DNA of 64,000 nt from assembly GCA_038064855.1 (NCBI GenBank), contig JBBTSE010000002.1, positions 8,530 through 72,529 of the forward strand. Reading direction: 5' to 3'. This DNA is from Patescibacteria group bacterium (GTDB lineage: Bacteria; Patescibacteriota; Minisyncoccia; Ryanbacterales; GWA2-47-10b). Below, one piece after another: positions 38,378 through 49,621 of the stretch (position 1 is the stretch's first letter; every line of letters starts with the position of its first letter). Position numbers and translations under genes: made by a program. The notes beneath the pieces are model-generated. The model was given only the letters and a program-made list of their open reading frames with translations, ran no database searches and was not told the DNA's origin.

Positions 38378-39589
38378 TTATGATTTCTCTTCAGTTGAGG
38401 TTTCCTCGGTTTTTTCAGATTCGCTCGGTGTTTCTTCAGAATCAGTATCATGAGCTTCTCTACCTTCGCGGGTTACGATATCAATCTTCCAACTGGTGAG
38501 TTTGGCGGCCAAACGAACATTTTGACCATTGCGGCCGATAGCGAGCGAAAGTTGAGAATCGTCAACAAGTACGGTTGCCGTATGGGTATCTTCATCGGTA
38601 GTGACATCGAGTACTTTGGCAGGCGAGAGAGCGTTCGCGATAAACTTGGTAGGGTCGTCTGACCATTCGATGATGTCGATTTTCTCGCCACCAAGCTCGG
38701 CGATGACGGTGCCAACACGCACACCCTTTTGACCGACGAGCGATCCTACCGGATCAATACTTTGGTCGTGTGAAATGACGGCAATCTTTGTGCGAGAGCC
38801 AGCTTCGCGGGCAAGACCCTTGGTCTCCACAATGCCTTGGCCGATTTCCGGTACTTCTATCTCAAAGAGTTTACTGACAAAGCGCGGGTGTGAGCGAGAG
38901 AGATACATGAGTGGGACGCGTGCTTGCCGTTCGCTCATCAGCAAAAGCCCTTTGATGCGCTCACCAATGCGATAGCGTTCGTGTTGTACCTGTTCTTCGG
39001 CGGGCAAGAGGGCGGTGGTGCGTCCGAGATCAAGATACACATTGCGTCCTTCTACGCGCTGGACAATACCGCTGACGACTTCCCCCTGCTTTTCTTTAAA
39101 TTCTTCGTAGATAGCTTCGCGTTCTGCCTCGCGAATACGCTGGATGATGACCTGTTTTGCGGTTTGCGCGGCGATTCGACCATAGTCGGCGTGAGTCTCG
39201 AGTGGGAAGATGAGTTCTTCACTCAATACGGCATCTTTTTTGATTTTATGTGCTTCGTCTACCATTATATGGCGCTCAGGATTGAACCGAACACGCTTTT
39301 GCTCACCCCCCATTTCCTCGTCTCGTTCGGAGTGACCCGAAGAGTCTTCGGCGGCCACTTCTTCTTCTGACTTGAGCATTGACTGGTCGACGACGATTTT
39401 GACCTGCGAAAAGGATATCCCACCTGAATCAAGGTCAAAAGTTGCTCGTATAATCTGTCCACGCTTGCCGTAGTCGCGTTTATAGGCGGCAGCGAGCGCC
39501 ATATCAATGGTCTCGAGGACCTTGTCTTTTGATATTCCCTTTTCTTCGGCGAGCTCTTCGAGCGTTGCTTTGATTATTTTGAGATCCAT
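38378..39589 (-). CDS. nusA: Transcription factor NusA
   Basis: YGRIAAQTAKQVIIQRIREAER, AREAGSRTKIAV, SLAIGRNGQNVRLA. Confidence 0.97.
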   Translation of the reverse strand: MDLKIIKATLEELAEEKGISKDKVLETIDMALAAAYKRDYGKRGQIIRATFDLDSGGISFSQVKIVVDQSMLKSEEEVAAEDSSGHSERDEEMGGEQKRVRFNPERHIMVDEAHKIKKDAVLSEELIFPLETHADYGRIAAQTAKQVIIQRIREAEREAIYEEFKEKQGEVVSGIVQRVEGRNVYLDLGRTTALLPAEEQVQHERYRIGERIKGLLLMSERQARVPLMYLSRSHPRFVSKLFEIEVPEIGQGIVETKGLAREAGSRTKIAVISHDQSIDPVGSLVGQKGVRVGTVIAELGGEKIDIIEWSDDPTKFIANALSPAKVLDVTTDEDTHTATVLVDDSQLSLAIGRNGQNVRLAAKLTSWKIDIVTREGREAHDTDSEETPSESEKTEETSTEEKS

Positions 39590-39743
39590 GAGTGTATAGT
39601 TGTTTTTTGGATAAAAAATGGCCCGTTTCAGACGGACCATCAGAACAATCACAATGACTCTTCTATTATAGCAGTATTCTTTTCACAGTCAAGCACCCTC
39701 CCCGTAGTGGCTTACAGGGTGTATACTAAAGGCATCAGTTCTT

Positions 39744-40697
39744 ATGAATACTTTCCATGTCGTCTCACAATGTCGTAAGTATAATGTTTCGTTATGGACT
39801 TGTCCGCCCTTTCTCTTTATTGTCATGGGCGGAGTCAATGTAGCGGGTATGGTTACGACCGCGATTGCGGCACAGCGTTTTTCTGATGATCCGGCGGTTG
39901 TTATCATCTCGGTGTCGATGATGGCGGCGTTTCTCTTTGTGGTTGGCAATGCCGTTGTCTCATCGTTTCAGCGTTTGGCTGACGCATCGCGCATCAAATC
40001 CGAGTTCGTCAATATTGTCTCGCATCAGCTTCGCTCGCCGCTCTCGGCTATCAAGTGGCAGTTAGAGCTTATGCTTGACCAGATGAAGACGGTGACAGGA
40101 GATGTCGCCGCCACTATGGGCACGATTAGACGACAGAACGAACGCATGATCGCGCTCGTCAATGACCTGCTCGAGGTTAACCGTATTGAGGACGACCGTG
40201 TCATTTTGCGGCCAACAGCGATTACAATCGACAATTTTGTCGAGCAAATCGCCAACGGCTACAAGCCACTCGCGGAGCAGGCAGACGAAAAGCTTGTGTT
40301 TGTGGGTGAGGCAAGGCCTTTGGTGGTATTTGCTGATGAAGTAAAGCTTCGTTGGGTGACAGAAAACCTCATCGACAATGCCGTACGCTACACTAAGAAA
40401 GGCGGCGAGGTGACGGTAAAAGTATTGCGTGCTAAAAATACGGCACGCGTCGAGGTGACTGATTCGGGTATTGGTATTCCGGTAGCCGATCAGGCGATGA
40501 TTTTCCAGAAGTTCTTTCGATCGGAAAATGCCCTGCGGATGCGCGCCGAGGGCACGGGGCTCGGCCTCTATCTGGTGCGGTCACTGGTAGGTGCTATGGG
40601 TGGCAAGGCAGGTTTCGCTTCCATGGAAGGTAAAGGGTCGACATTTTGGTATACGCTCCCGCTCGTTTCGGGCGAGGCGATGGTCCAGAAAAAGTAA
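39744..40697 (+). CDS. Sensor histidine kinase
   Basis: 2 TM; VSHQLRSPL; NLIDNA; DSGIGI; GTGLGL. Confidence 0.95.
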   Translation: MNTFHVVSQCRKYNVSLWTCPPFLFIVMGGVNVAGMVTTAIAAQRFSDDPAVVIISVSMMAAFLFVVGNAVVSSFQRLADASRIKSEFVNIVSHQLRSPLSAIKWQLELMLDQMKTVTGDVAATMGTIRRQNERMIALVNDLLEVNRIEDDRVILRPTAITIDNFVEQIANGYKPLAEQADEKLVFVGEARPLVVFADEVKLRWVTENLIDNAVRYTKKGGEVTVKVLRAKNTARVEVTDSGIGIPVADQAMIFQKFFRSENALRMRAEGTGLGLYLVRSLVGAMGGKAGFASMEGKGSTFWYTLPLVSGEAMVQKK

Positions 40698-40728
40698 TTA
40701 CAAAAATTAAAAATATATAGTATAGAGT

Positions 40729-41094
40729 ATGAAAAAACTTCTTATTATCGAAGACGAAGCGGCACTCCAAGACGCACTTCAAAAAGCGTTTGCCGCCGAT
40801 GGATATGAGATATTCCAAGCGTTTGATGGCGAAGAGGGTATCAAGCTCGCGAAAGAAAAGAAGCCAGATATGATTTTGCTCGATCTCATTTTACCGAAAA
40901 AACACGGATTTGAGGTTTTACAGGAAATCAAACAGGACGAGACAATCAAGGAGGTACCCGTGTTGGTGCTGACCAATCTTGAAGAAAGTACCGAGGTGAT
41001 GAAGGCGATTGAGCTTGGCGCGCGCGGATATTTGGTCAAGGCAAACTACGCACTCAAGGAAGTTCTTGCAAAGGTAAAAGATATTCTCGGATAA
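40729..41094 (+). CDS. Single-domain response regulator
   Basis: IIEDE, LLDLILP, VLTN, YLVK. Confidence 0.95.
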   Translation: MKKLLIIEDEAALQDALQKAFAADGYEIFQAFDGEEGIKLAKEKKPDMILLDLILPKKHGFEVLQEIKQDETIKEVPVLVLTNLEESTEVMKAIELGARGYLVKANYALKEVLAKVKDILG

Positions 41095-41108
41095 AGTACT
41101 ATCCTCGG

Positions 41109-42863
41109 ATGAGAATCGATTCAGGGCAACTCAAAGCGTTTCTTCTTGATTCGGGGCTTGTCTCCGAAAAAGATATTGACGCCGCAGTTAAAAAGGCCAA
41201 AGAGCAGGATTTGCGTCCTGGAGATATTCTCGTCGCCCAAGGGAAAATAACCCAAAAAGATATTGAGCGCGTGTATGGGTACATCCTCGGGATTCCATTT
41301 GTAAATCTTGAAGGTGAAAAGATTGACCCCGAAGTGCTTCATGCGGTGCCCGAACCTATTGCGCGAGCGCACAATATCATCGCTTATAAAAAGATGGGTA
41401 AGGATTTGGAGGTAGCGATGCTCGATCCGGAGGATCTCGAGACTATTGAGTTCATCCACAAAAAATCGGGGCTTACTATCAAGCCACGCATGACTAACGA
41501 AAAATCGATGAAGTATCTCCTTTCTCTCTATCAGAAGAGTCTGGAGGCGGAGTTCGGTGAGATTATCAAGGGCGAGTCGGACGGGCTTGTTATGAGTGCC
41601 GCGTCAGTTGGTGAGGCGGGTGAGAGTGGCGAGGATCTCGAGAAGGTGGCGCAAGAGTTGCCCATCATCAAGATCGTCGATACTCTTATCCGCCACGCGA
41701 TTTTGCAAAAAGCATCTGACATTCATATCGAGCCCCTCGAAAACGAGCTTTTGGTACGGTACCGCATCGATGGTATATTGCGTGATGCGATGGTGTTGCC
41801 CAAGAAAATCGCATCAGCTGTTATCGCGCGCGTCAAAGTGCTCTCGAGCTTAAAGCTTGATGAAAAACGATTGCCACAAGACGGTCGTTTCAAGATCGAA
41901 TCGCCCGAATATAAGTTTTCAACTCGTGTCTCGGTATTGCCAGTGTATGACGGTGAAAAGATCGTCATGCGTTTGTTGCCGGAGAATGCGCGTGGCTTCA
42001 CGCTCGAATCACTCGGGTTTCATGGTGAAGGACTTGAACTGTTACATCAAAATATTAAAAAATCTGTCGGTATGATTTTAGCCACTGGTCCTACCGGATC
42101 AGGTAAGACGACGACGCTCTATACGATGATGGATTTGGTGAATACTCCCGATGTCAATATTTCTACCATTGAAGATCCGATTGAATACCGTATGCCTCGC
42201 ATTAATCAGACACAGGTGCGTCCCGATATCGGGTTTACCTTTGCCAACGGTTTGCGCAGTCTGTTGCGTCAAGATCCTGATATCTTGATGGTAGGTGAGG
42301 TTCGTGACTCGGAGACCGCTGGTCTCGCTATCAATGCCGCGCTCACTGGTCACTTGGTACTGACGACATTGCATACCAACTCTGCGGCAGGCGCGTTGCC
42401 GCGTCTCATTGATCTTGGCGTCGAGCCCTTTTTGATCGCGTCAACGGTCAATGTGATTATCGCTCAACGATTGGTGCGCACACTCTACAAATCAAGAGAG
42501 GAGTATCGTTTGACAAAAGATCAAATCGCCCAGCTCGCAAAGATTGTTGATATCGATCGTATACTTGGGTTTTTACGCGCGGAAAAAATTATCGCGCCAA
42601 AAGCAAAGATCGAAGATGTGCCATTTTATAAACCGGTACCCGCATCTGATGTGCCCGATGGCTACCAAGGGCGTATCGGTGTGCATGAGGTTATGACGGT
42701 GACGCCCGCGATGCGTGAGATGGTAATGAAAAACACGAATCCATCGGAGATTGATGCGATCGCGCGTAAGTCAGGCATGATGAGTATGCTCGAAGACGGT
42801 ATTTTTAAAGCGGCGCAGGGGATTACTACGGTCGAAGAAGTATTGCGCGTGACACAAGAATAA
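41109..42863 (+). CDS. pilB: Type IV pilus assembly ATPase PilB/GspE
   Basis: ASDIHIEP, PQDGRF, GPTGSGKTTT, TIEDPIEY, LRQDPD, TGHLV.TTLHTN. Confidence 0.96.
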   Translation: MRIDSGQLKAFLLDSGLVSEKDIDAAVKKAKEQDLRPGDILVAQGKITQKDIERVYGYILGIPFVNLEGEKIDPEVLHAVPEPIARAHNIIAYKKMGKDLEVAMLDPEDLETIEFIHKKSGLTIKPRMTNEKSMKYLLSLYQKSLEAEFGEIIKGESDGLVMSAASVGEAGESGEDLEKVAQELPIIKIVDTLIRHAILQKASDIHIEPLENELLVRYRIDGILRDAMVLPKKIASAVIARVKVLSSLKLDEKRLPQDGRFKIESPEYKFSTRVSVLPVYDGEKIVMRLLPENARGFTLESLGFHGEGLELLHQNIKKSVGMILATGPTGSGKTTTLYTMMDLVNTPDVNISTIEDPIEYRMPRINQTQVRPDIGFTFANGLRSLLRQDPDILMVGEVRDSETAGLAINAALTGHLVLTTLHTNSAAGALPRLIDLGVEPFLIASTVNVIIAQRLVRTLYKSREEYRLTKDQIAQLAKIVDIDRILGFLRAEKIIAPKAKIEDVPFYKPVPASDVPDGYQGRIGVHEVMTVTPAMREMVMKNTNPSEIDAIARKSGMMSMLEDGIFKAAQGITTVEEVLRVTQE

Positions 42864-42866
42864 TCT

Positions 42867-44111
42867 ATGGCGCGTTTTCAATTTCGGGCGCGTGACCGGC
42901 AGAGTGTTGAGCAGTCGGGTCTTCGTGATGCAGGTGATCGTTTTGAGCTCGCGCGCTTTTTGCGTACCGAGGGCCTCCTGTTGCTTGAAGCGCACGAGAT
43001 CAGCGCCTTACCCGGTGTGAATATGCCTGGCGGGCTCAAAAAAAATGTTTCCATCGATCTTAGTACCTATTTACGGCGCGTCACGCTTTCTGACAAAATC
43101 GTATTTTCAAAAAACTTGGGAGTGATGATTGGCGCAGGTCTCCCACTCACGCGCGCACTCGACGCGCTTTCCAGGGAGTCACATAACCCAAAGTTTAAAG
43201 TTACGATCTTAGCTATCGAAGATCAGATTCGGCAGGGTAAGACATTTGCTGAATCGCTCGGCAAGCATCCAAAAATTTTCCCTTCCCTCTATATTGCTAT
43301 GGTTGATGCAGGCGAGAAGTCAGGTAAGCTCAAAGAATCGCTCACACTTCTAGCTTCCCAGATGCAGGCGGATTACGATCTCGTGCGCAAGGTGAGGGGA
43401 GCGATGATGTACCCATCGATTATTTTAGCGGCGATGGTGCTCATCGGTGCGCTCATGATTGTGTATGTAGTACCAACACTCTCCGCGGTGTTTAAAGAGC
43501 TCGATGTCGAGCTACCAGCTTCCACACAATTCATCATCGACTTCTCCGACTTTTTTACTAACCACTTTATGCTGGTCATCCTCGGTTTTTTTGGGTTTAT
43601 TTTTAGTGTCATCGCATTTTTTCGTACAACCTTCGGCAAGCATTTGGCGGACAATGTTGTTATTCGTCTACCAGTGATCGGCCCGCTCGCCAAAAAGTTC
43701 AACGCCGCACGCGCTTCGCGCACGCTCTCGTCACTCTTATCGGCAGGAGTGCAGGTGATGGAAGCGCTCGAGATTACCGCGCGTGTGGTGCAGAATCATT
43801 TGTATTCACAGACGCTCTCGGACGCAAAAAAATCGATCCAAAAAGGCGATACGATTTCAAAAGTATTTTTAGCAAACGAACATCTCTATCCATCACTGGT
43901 AGGCGAGATGCTCTCGGTAGGTGAAGAGACGGGCGAGAGCTCAAAGATGCTCGGCGAGGTCGCGTCGTTTTATGAACAGCAAGTTGCCGATGCTACCAAA
44001 GATCTCTCGACCATTATCGAGCCGGTGCTCATGCTTATCATTGGTGCGGTCGTAGGTTTTTTTGCTGTCTCGATGATCACACCGATGTATTCATTGGTAG
44101 GTGCCATTTAA
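42867..44111 (+). CDS. pilC: Type IV pilus platform protein PilC/GspF
   Basis: AGEKSGKL, AMMYP, VGEETG, IIEPVLM. Confidence 0.96.
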   Translation: MARFQFRARDRQSVEQSGLRDAGDRFELARFLRTEGLLLLEAHEISALPGVNMPGGLKKNVSIDLSTYLRRVTLSDKIVFSKNLGVMIGAGLPLTRALDALSRESHNPKFKVTILAIEDQIRQGKTFAESLGKHPKIFPSLYIAMVDAGEKSGKLKESLTLLASQMQADYDLVRKVRGAMMYPSIILAAMVLIGALMIVYVVPTLSAVFKELDVELPASTQFIIDFSDFFTNHFMLVILGFFGFIFSVIAFFRTTFGKHLADNVVIRLPVIGPLAKKFNAARASRTLSSLLSAGVQVMEALEITARVVQNHLYSQTLSDAKKSIQKGDTISKVFLANEHLYPSLVGEMLSVGEETGESSKMLGEVASFYEQQVADATKDLSTIIEPVLMLIIGAVVGFFAVSMITPMYSLVGAI

Positions 44112-44112
44112 T

Positions 44113-44706
44113 ATGCGCAGAGCATTTACCATGATTGAGCTCATTATCGTGATAGGCGTCATTGGTCTTTTGGCAGCACTCATCATACCGAGCTTTGGTA
44201 CATGGCGTGAGCGGACAGTGGTCAGGTCCGCGGCGCGTGATGTTGAGAGTATTTTGAAACTTGCGCGGTCAAAGTCTCTCGCGTCAGAAGATGGAGCCAA
44301 GTACGGCGTGCTTTTTTATGATGGGGCGACAACTTTTTCTCTTTGTAAAAATCCAGATGCTATACGATTGGGCGATAGTGGCTACTATATATATACCTGT
44401 CCCACGCTTGTAAATAGCTACTCTTTGCCAAACTCGCTTTCTTTTTGTACTCCGTATACTTCGAGTATCGAACTTCAAAGTATCAGTCCAGGGTGGACTA
44501 TCATACCCGGCGTTATATTCTCAAAACTGACTGGTGAATATGAAGATATTACGCCATCCGCTACCGAAGGAGTGATATACTTTTATAATAAGAATAAGAT
44601 CGCGAGTCCCTGTGGTAGTGGTGAGGCGGCACTGACAATTTGTCGTAACAACAAAACTTGCGGTGGAGTCGTGATCACAAAATCTGGTGTGATTTATGAA
44701 AAATAA
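44113..44706 (+). CDS. Minor pilin, FimU/FimT-like (set 1)
   Basis: AFTMIELIIV prepilin motif; ARSKSL. Confidence 0.9.
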   Translation: MRRAFTMIELIIVIGVIGLLAALIIPSFGTWRERTVVRSAARDVESILKLARSKSLASEDGAKYGVLFYDGATTFSLCKNPDAIRLGDSGYYIYTCPTLVNSYSLPNSLSFCTPYTSSIELQSISPGWTIIPGVIFSKLTGEYEDITPSATEGVIYFYNKNKIASPCGSGEAALTICRNNKTCGGVVITKSGVIYEK

Positions 44707-45187
44707 TAAAAAAGCCTTTTTACTCCTCGAGCTTCTTGTAGCGATAGCGCTTATCTCTACGGTGTTTGTCACACTTTTTTTCTTGCAGTCAAAACTTTTA
44801 CAGATCAAACAAGACGGCATCATGAAAGTACGCGCAACCTATTATGCACAAGAGGCGTTTGAGGCGCTACGGTATTTGCGCGCGACTGGCGGGTGGTCAA
44901 CGATCTCGTCACCAACTACTGGTGCTACAGATTATTATGCGACATTTGCCAGTAACACATGGTCGCTGAGTACTACGCCTCCCGCAGCGCTCGATGGTAT
45001 TTTCACGCGCAGTATTCGGTTTTCCCCCGTTTATCGTCAGGGCGACCAGCAGGGGGTTATTATTACAGGCCCCTCTGGATATGATGACCCCGGCACACGC
45101 AAAGTGACGGTGATGGTGAGCTGGGATAATGGATCGAAAAACATAGTACTCGATACGTATCTTACTGATTGGACTTCAAATCTATGA
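44696..45187 (+). CDS. Minor pilin, PilV-like (set 1)
   Basis: AFLLLELLVAI; A.YYAQEAFEALR; KVTVMVSW. Confidence 0.88.
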   Translation: MKNNKKAFLLLELLVAIALISTVFVTLFFLQSKLLQIKQDGIMKVRATYYAQEAFEALRYLRATGGWSTISSPTTGATDYYATFASNTWSLSTTPPAALDGIFTRSIRFSPVYRQGDQQGVIITGPSGYDDPGTRKVTVMVSWDNGSKNIVLDTYLTDWTSNL

Positions 45188-45702
45188 GACGGCGCGCCTT
45201 TACTCTTATTGAACTCTTGGTGTATGTGGGTGTGCTGGTAATAGTACTCGGCGCCATTTTCTTTTTTATGGTCAATATTATTACCAATGAACGCTCAATC
45301 GGCGACCGTGTGCGCATGATGGACGAAGCAGACTTCGCGATGCGCCAAGTACTGGACCATGCGCGTGGTGCAAAAAATTTAGAATCGACAGATTTTGCTT
45401 TTAGTAATGATGGCGAACTTACACTCACAAAGACAGATGCCGTAGTCACTATTAAGGTTGATAAATCTGATCCTACCAAGCCAAAGCTTATTATGACGAA
45501 AAATGACGGCATCAATCCTGTTTCCACGCGCATACTTACATCACCGCGTGTGGCAGTTGATATTTTTACTCTCGAGTGTGCGGGTACTATAAGCCCGTGT
45601 AGTAGTAATGCCAAAGGTGTGCGTATTAAGCTCGGTCTTCGTGATCTGGTGACGTATCAAACTATTACTATTACCACGGGCGCTACCCCGCGTGGTTATT
45701 GA
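45184..45702 (+). CDS. Minor pilin, PilW-like (set 1)
   Basis: AFTLIELLVYV. Confidence 0.88.
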   Translation: MRRRAFTLIELLVYVGVLVIVLGAIFFFMVNIITNERSIGDRVRMMDEADFAMRQVLDHARGAKNLESTDFAFSNDGELTLTKTDAVVTIKVDKSDPTKPKLIMTKNDGINPVSTRILTSPRVAVDIFTLECAGTISPCSSNAKGVRIKLGLRDLVTYQTITITTGATPRGY

Positions 45703-45703
45703 T

Positions 45704-48589
45704 ATGAAATACGCAGGATACAACAGGGGGCTCGCAGCACTCACGACGATGATTATCGTACTTGTGATACTTGTGATACTGATCGCGAGCTATGGGCTTA
45801 TCACTGCGAGCTCTGCGCGGCAATTTTCCAATGTGTACCAGTCGGCGCGCGCATACTATGTGTCCGAAGCGGGTACAGAAGATGGTATCGCGCGGTATTT
45901 GCGCTCAGGGGGTGTAGTTACTGGCAGTTGGACGGTCGCCGGCCTCGTATCTGGTACGACCGATGTTGTCGCCCCTACACCAACTAACAACAATTTGATC
46001 AGTACGAGTAATGTTGGTGGGCGTAAGCGCGCTTTAAAGATAACGCTACAACTCAATCCTATCTATACCTACGCGGGTTTTATCGGCGACGGCGGTCTCT
46101 GGATGTCTGATAGTACGGATATCAAATGTGTGAGCGGTACTGGCTGTAAGGGCGAAGATGAAGCTGGTGATGCAGGTACAGTCTGGGTCAATGGTCCTGT
46201 ATGGGCAAATGGATCTGATGGTGGCGGAAAGCTTGGCAAAAGTGCGACTGATGCACGCGTGGTAGGGCATGTATATACAACCGGCAAAGTTGATATCAGG
46301 CCATCAGAGAGAAAAGAACCCGATCCCGTTAGCTCAAATCATAAGTTTGTGTGTCTGACGGACAATCCTGTCGCATTAACTGAACTGGTGTCTCCCGAAT
46401 GCAATGAAGTAGGAGCTATCAAGGCGACAGCAATCGCGCAAAGAGTGCGGATTCATGAAGGAGGTAAAAACTCAAAACGCTACGCATTTCGTGTTGCATA
46501 TCACGGAAGCGCTGATAAGTTGCCCACCGTGAAGTCATATCCCGTGCGTGAAGTGGGTAGTACGGGAGTTTGGGATACACCACAAAGAATTTTGCTCGAA
46601 AAAGATATTGGTATCGGTGCGAATGACGAACGGCTTTTTGCAAAATATAAAATTGACACTGATCATGATGGTTTAACAAATAGTCCGGGTGAAGTACTCA
46701 CTGCGGATACGCCCGAGTGGGTGTATTTCAATATTCCTGGTTCGAGCGGCCTTCAATCTGTCGATGACGATGACGGCGTTTATATCGTACTGCAGGCGGA
46801 AGGCTCTGGCGGCGATGTAAATAGTTATTACAAGGTTTATTATGATGAGAGTGCGACGCCGTGTAAGAACGATGTTTGTGGTCTTGTTCACACGGGCGGG
46901 TACGGGCAATATATTACCTCGAACCTTTTTTGCTCGAAGGACGCGAGTACGCCTTTTACCTGCAATGCAAATCTCACCAATGGCACCGCACCTCTTCTCC
47001 CGGCGGACGCTTTTAATAAACCGCGTACCGATTTTCATTTTCGTGTGTATTCACAAGGTACCGAAGATGATAACTATGAAAACTCGCTACAAGTATTCGG
47101 CGAGCTTCACGCCGATGAAGCCATTGGCGCGAGCGTCATAGGTGAAGGGTCATCCGCCAACAAAGATATTGCGTTTGTGGGCAGACGCTTTGCCTCGGCG
47201 TTTTGGAAAGATCGCCAAGCGCATGCGCGACTCTGGGGGTATAGTTTCGTTCAGCAGCTTGATAATTGCGATCTTGGAGGTTCGGGTACGGAGACGGTAG
47301 GTGATGATATTGAATCGCGCCGAGGGTGGCGGCCATTTTGTGATTCACAGGTACGCGACGTGCGAAAAACAACAAATGGGACTAATTTTAGCAGGGTAAA
47401 TTATGGCGTTTCTGAGCGCAGATATTCAGTAAATTCCACACTCTATCCGGTCAATACGGATGTTGCCACGCGCTTTTACTGCAATCCTTATAAAAACGCA
47501 GGCAATGTGACGCACGGTGGTACTGCGGCATCATGTACACAGGATTCACCGTTCAATACTTACACTCCGTATGAGTTTAATACCATGTCACAATCGAGCG
47601 GGCGCGGATGTTACTTTGGTTGTGGATCGGGCGAGAACACTAGCTGCGGCTCGGATGTATATAAGACGCACTATATTTATCCCGCGCCTGATATAAGCGC
47701 ATACGGACAGTATCCATATAATTTCTGTAAATACGCAGGCGGTGCGGAAGATATAGCATATGTCGACGAGGCAGCACTTAAAACTATACTTACTGCTCCA
47801 GCGCCCACCGGTTATGGTATTGATTCGGCAGTGCAAGATCTCTATCTACCCAAAGCACCACCAGAAAAAGGTCCATGGCCTATTTCTGAATCAAAAATCA
47901 ATGGGTGGGTAAGTTCGATTTTTACAAGTACGTGCCTTCCTGGCCCGCACATTATCACTGCATCACAGTCATGGCCTCCACTAGGACAGGCAGGCGCACC
48001 AACCTGCATAAACGGTGACCTTGTCGTACGCAACGGGGCAAAACTTACTCTCAACAGTGGTGCACATATGCACGTTAAAGGCAATTTACATCTTGTAAAA
48101 GACCCAGGCAAGCAAGGCGGCAAGATTGAGATGAACAATAGTAGCGGTGCGTTAGGATGGCCTGCTAACACTGCAGGGATTGTGATCGTCGATGGGTTTG
48201 TAGACACCGAAAATGATACTCAACTTTTAGGTGGCAACAAAGCGCAGGATGAATATATGCTTGTTATTTCACGCTCGTACAATCAAGGCGATTATGATCC
48301 CTTTAACTACCAGAATCCAACTGATCTGACTTCGGAAAACGACAAAGCGGCGATTTATAGTTTGAGCCGTCAAGACGGAGGGGCAACGGTATCGTTTTAT
48401 GCTCCCAATGGTTCCGTAGTGCTCGGGCGAGATCCTTCCAATCCCAACGCTATGCAGGTGGCGGCATATAAGTTGGTAATGCGCCGCAATACCCAAGTAA
48501 GCTATGATTATGGTGTGCTCGATATGATCTTCCCAGGTGGGCCCGCAAGCGCGTCTGGGGTCAGTGACTATGATGAAATTGCACCATAA
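45704..48589 (+). CDS. Large PilX-like pilin-adhesin (set 1)
   Basis: GLAALTT (no E5), AYYVSEAGTEDG, C-terminal FYAPNGSV. Confidence 0.85.
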   Translation: MKYAGYNRGLAALTTMIIVLVILVILIASYGLITASSARQFSNVYQSARAYYVSEAGTEDGIARYLRSGGVVTGSWTVAGLVSGTTDVVAPTPTNNNLISTSNVGGRKRALKITLQLNPIYTYAGFIGDGGLWMSDSTDIKCVSGTGCKGEDEAGDAGTVWVNGPVWANGSDGGGKLGKSATDARVVGHVYTTGKVDIRPSERKEPDPVSSNHKFVCLTDNPVALTELVSPECNEVGAIKATAIAQRVRIHEGGKNSKRYAFRVAYHGSADKLPTVKSYPVREVGSTGVWDTPQRILLEKDIGIGANDERLFAKYKIDTDHDGLTNSPGEVLTADTPEWVYFNIPGSSGLQSVDDDDGVYIVLQAEGSGGDVNSYYKVYYDESATPCKNDVCGLVHTGGYGQYITSNLFCSKDASTPFTCNANLTNGTAPLLPADAFNKPRTDFHFRVYSQGTEDDNYENSLQVFGELHADEAIGASVIGEGSSANKDIAFVGRRFASAFWKDRQAHARLWGYSFVQQLDNCDLGGSGTETVGDDIESRRGWRPFCDSQVRDVRKTTNGTNFSRVNYGVSERRYSVNSTLYPVNTDVATRFYCNPYKNAGNVTHGGTAASCTQDSPFNTYTPYEFNTMSQSSGRGCYFGCGSGENTSCGSDVYKTHYIYPAPDISAYGQYPYNFCKYAGGAEDIAYVDEAALKTILTAPAPTGYGIDSAVQDLYLPKAPPEKGPWPISESKINGWVSSIFTSTCLPGPHIITASQSWPPLGQAGAPTCINGDLVVRNGAKLTLNSGAHMHVKGNLHLVKDPGKQGGKIEMNNSSGALGWPANTAGIVIVDGFVDTENDTQLLGGNKAQDEYMLVISRSYNQGDYDPFNYQNPTDLTSENDKAAIYSLSRQDGGATVSFYAPNGSVVLGRDPSNPNAMQVAAYKLVMRRNTQVSYDYGVLDMIFPGGPASASGVSDYDEIAP

Positions 48590-49106
48590 CAAAGGCATGA
48601 GTATTCTCGAGCTTCTCATCGTTATCGGCGTGATGGGTATGCTCGCGGCGATGTCATTTGTGGCCTTTCGATCATTTTTTAACAACCAAGAACTCAACGC
48701 GGCTACCGAGCAGGTAGTAGCAATATTGCGTAGCGCCCGAACCTATACTCTGTCTTCACGCAATGATAGTGCTGGGGCTACGACCAGCACATGTTATGGG
48801 GTAGCTGTTACTCCAAGTAACATAACGCTTATGTTTGACGATAGTTGTAACTGCTCACTTGATAGCGTGGTGAGCACCACGCAGTCATTGCCGGGGGGCA
48901 CATATATATCCATTGAGACATTTCCCACATATGGAGGATATGACGGCCTCTCTTTTCAACGAATAACCGGAAATGCGCAGGATATTGGCTCAAGTTGCGC
49001 GTCACTACCGGCTGGGGGCCGTATCCTTATCCTCACCTCCCGCCGCAACATCAGCATGGCGAAAGTTATAAAGATAACACCTTTGGGCAATATTGAGGTA
49101 CAATGA
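48570..49106 (+). CDS. Minor pilin, FimU/FimT-like (set 2)
   Basis: GMSILELLIV; ARTYTLS. Confidence 0.88.
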   Translation: MMKLHHNKGMSILELLIVIGVMGMLAAMSFVAFRSFFNNQELNAATEQVVAILRSARTYTLSSRNDSAGATTSTCYGVAVTPSNITLMFDDSCNCSLDSVVSTTQSLPGGTYISIETFPTYGGYDGLSFQRITGNAQDIGSSCASLPAGGRILILTSRRNISMAKVIKITPLGNIEVQ

Positions 49107-49621
49107 ATATAATGCATAAAGGTTTTACGCTCGTAGAGGCGCTCGTAGCCCTTGCGGTGATAGTTACTGCAGCTCTTACGGTGTATGGCGGCGTGGCGCT
49201 CTCGCACCGTGCCACAGTGCGGGGTGGCGAGCGCGCGCAGGCCGCCTTTTTGCTCGAAGAAGGGTACGAGGCGCTTTTGTATCTGCGGGATGTACACTTT
49301 GCTGATCGGTTGGGCGGCCTTACCGCTAATGGCAGCCAAATATACTGTCTAAATGATATATCTGCTGGCGGATCAATCGGGCTCATGGCTGTCCCTACAG
49401 TTGATTTGTGTACTCCGTTCGACGGTTTTACACGATCGGTGACATTTAAAAATGCTTGTCGTGATAATACTAGTCATAATATTATGGGGCAAACTACTAC
49501 CGTCTCTTGTCCTGTCGGACAAAATTTGGATACTGATACCAAGTACGCACTCATAAAAGTCACTTGGGGTACCAAAAGCGAGCAGGTCGAGGCCTATATT
49601 GCAAACCTCTTTTTGAGATGA
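49103..49621 (+). CDS. Minor pilin, PilV-like (set 2)
   Basis: GFTLVEALVA; AAFLLEEGYEAL; IKVTW. Confidence 0.88.
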   Translation: MNIMHKGFTLVEALVALAVIVTAALTVYGGVALSHRATVRGGERAQAAFLLEEGYEALLYLRDVHFADRLGGLTANGSQIYCLNDISAGGSIGLMAVPTVDLCTPFDGFTRSVTFKNACRDNTSHNIMGQTTTVSCPVGQNLDTDTKYALIKVTWGTKSEQVEAYIANLFLR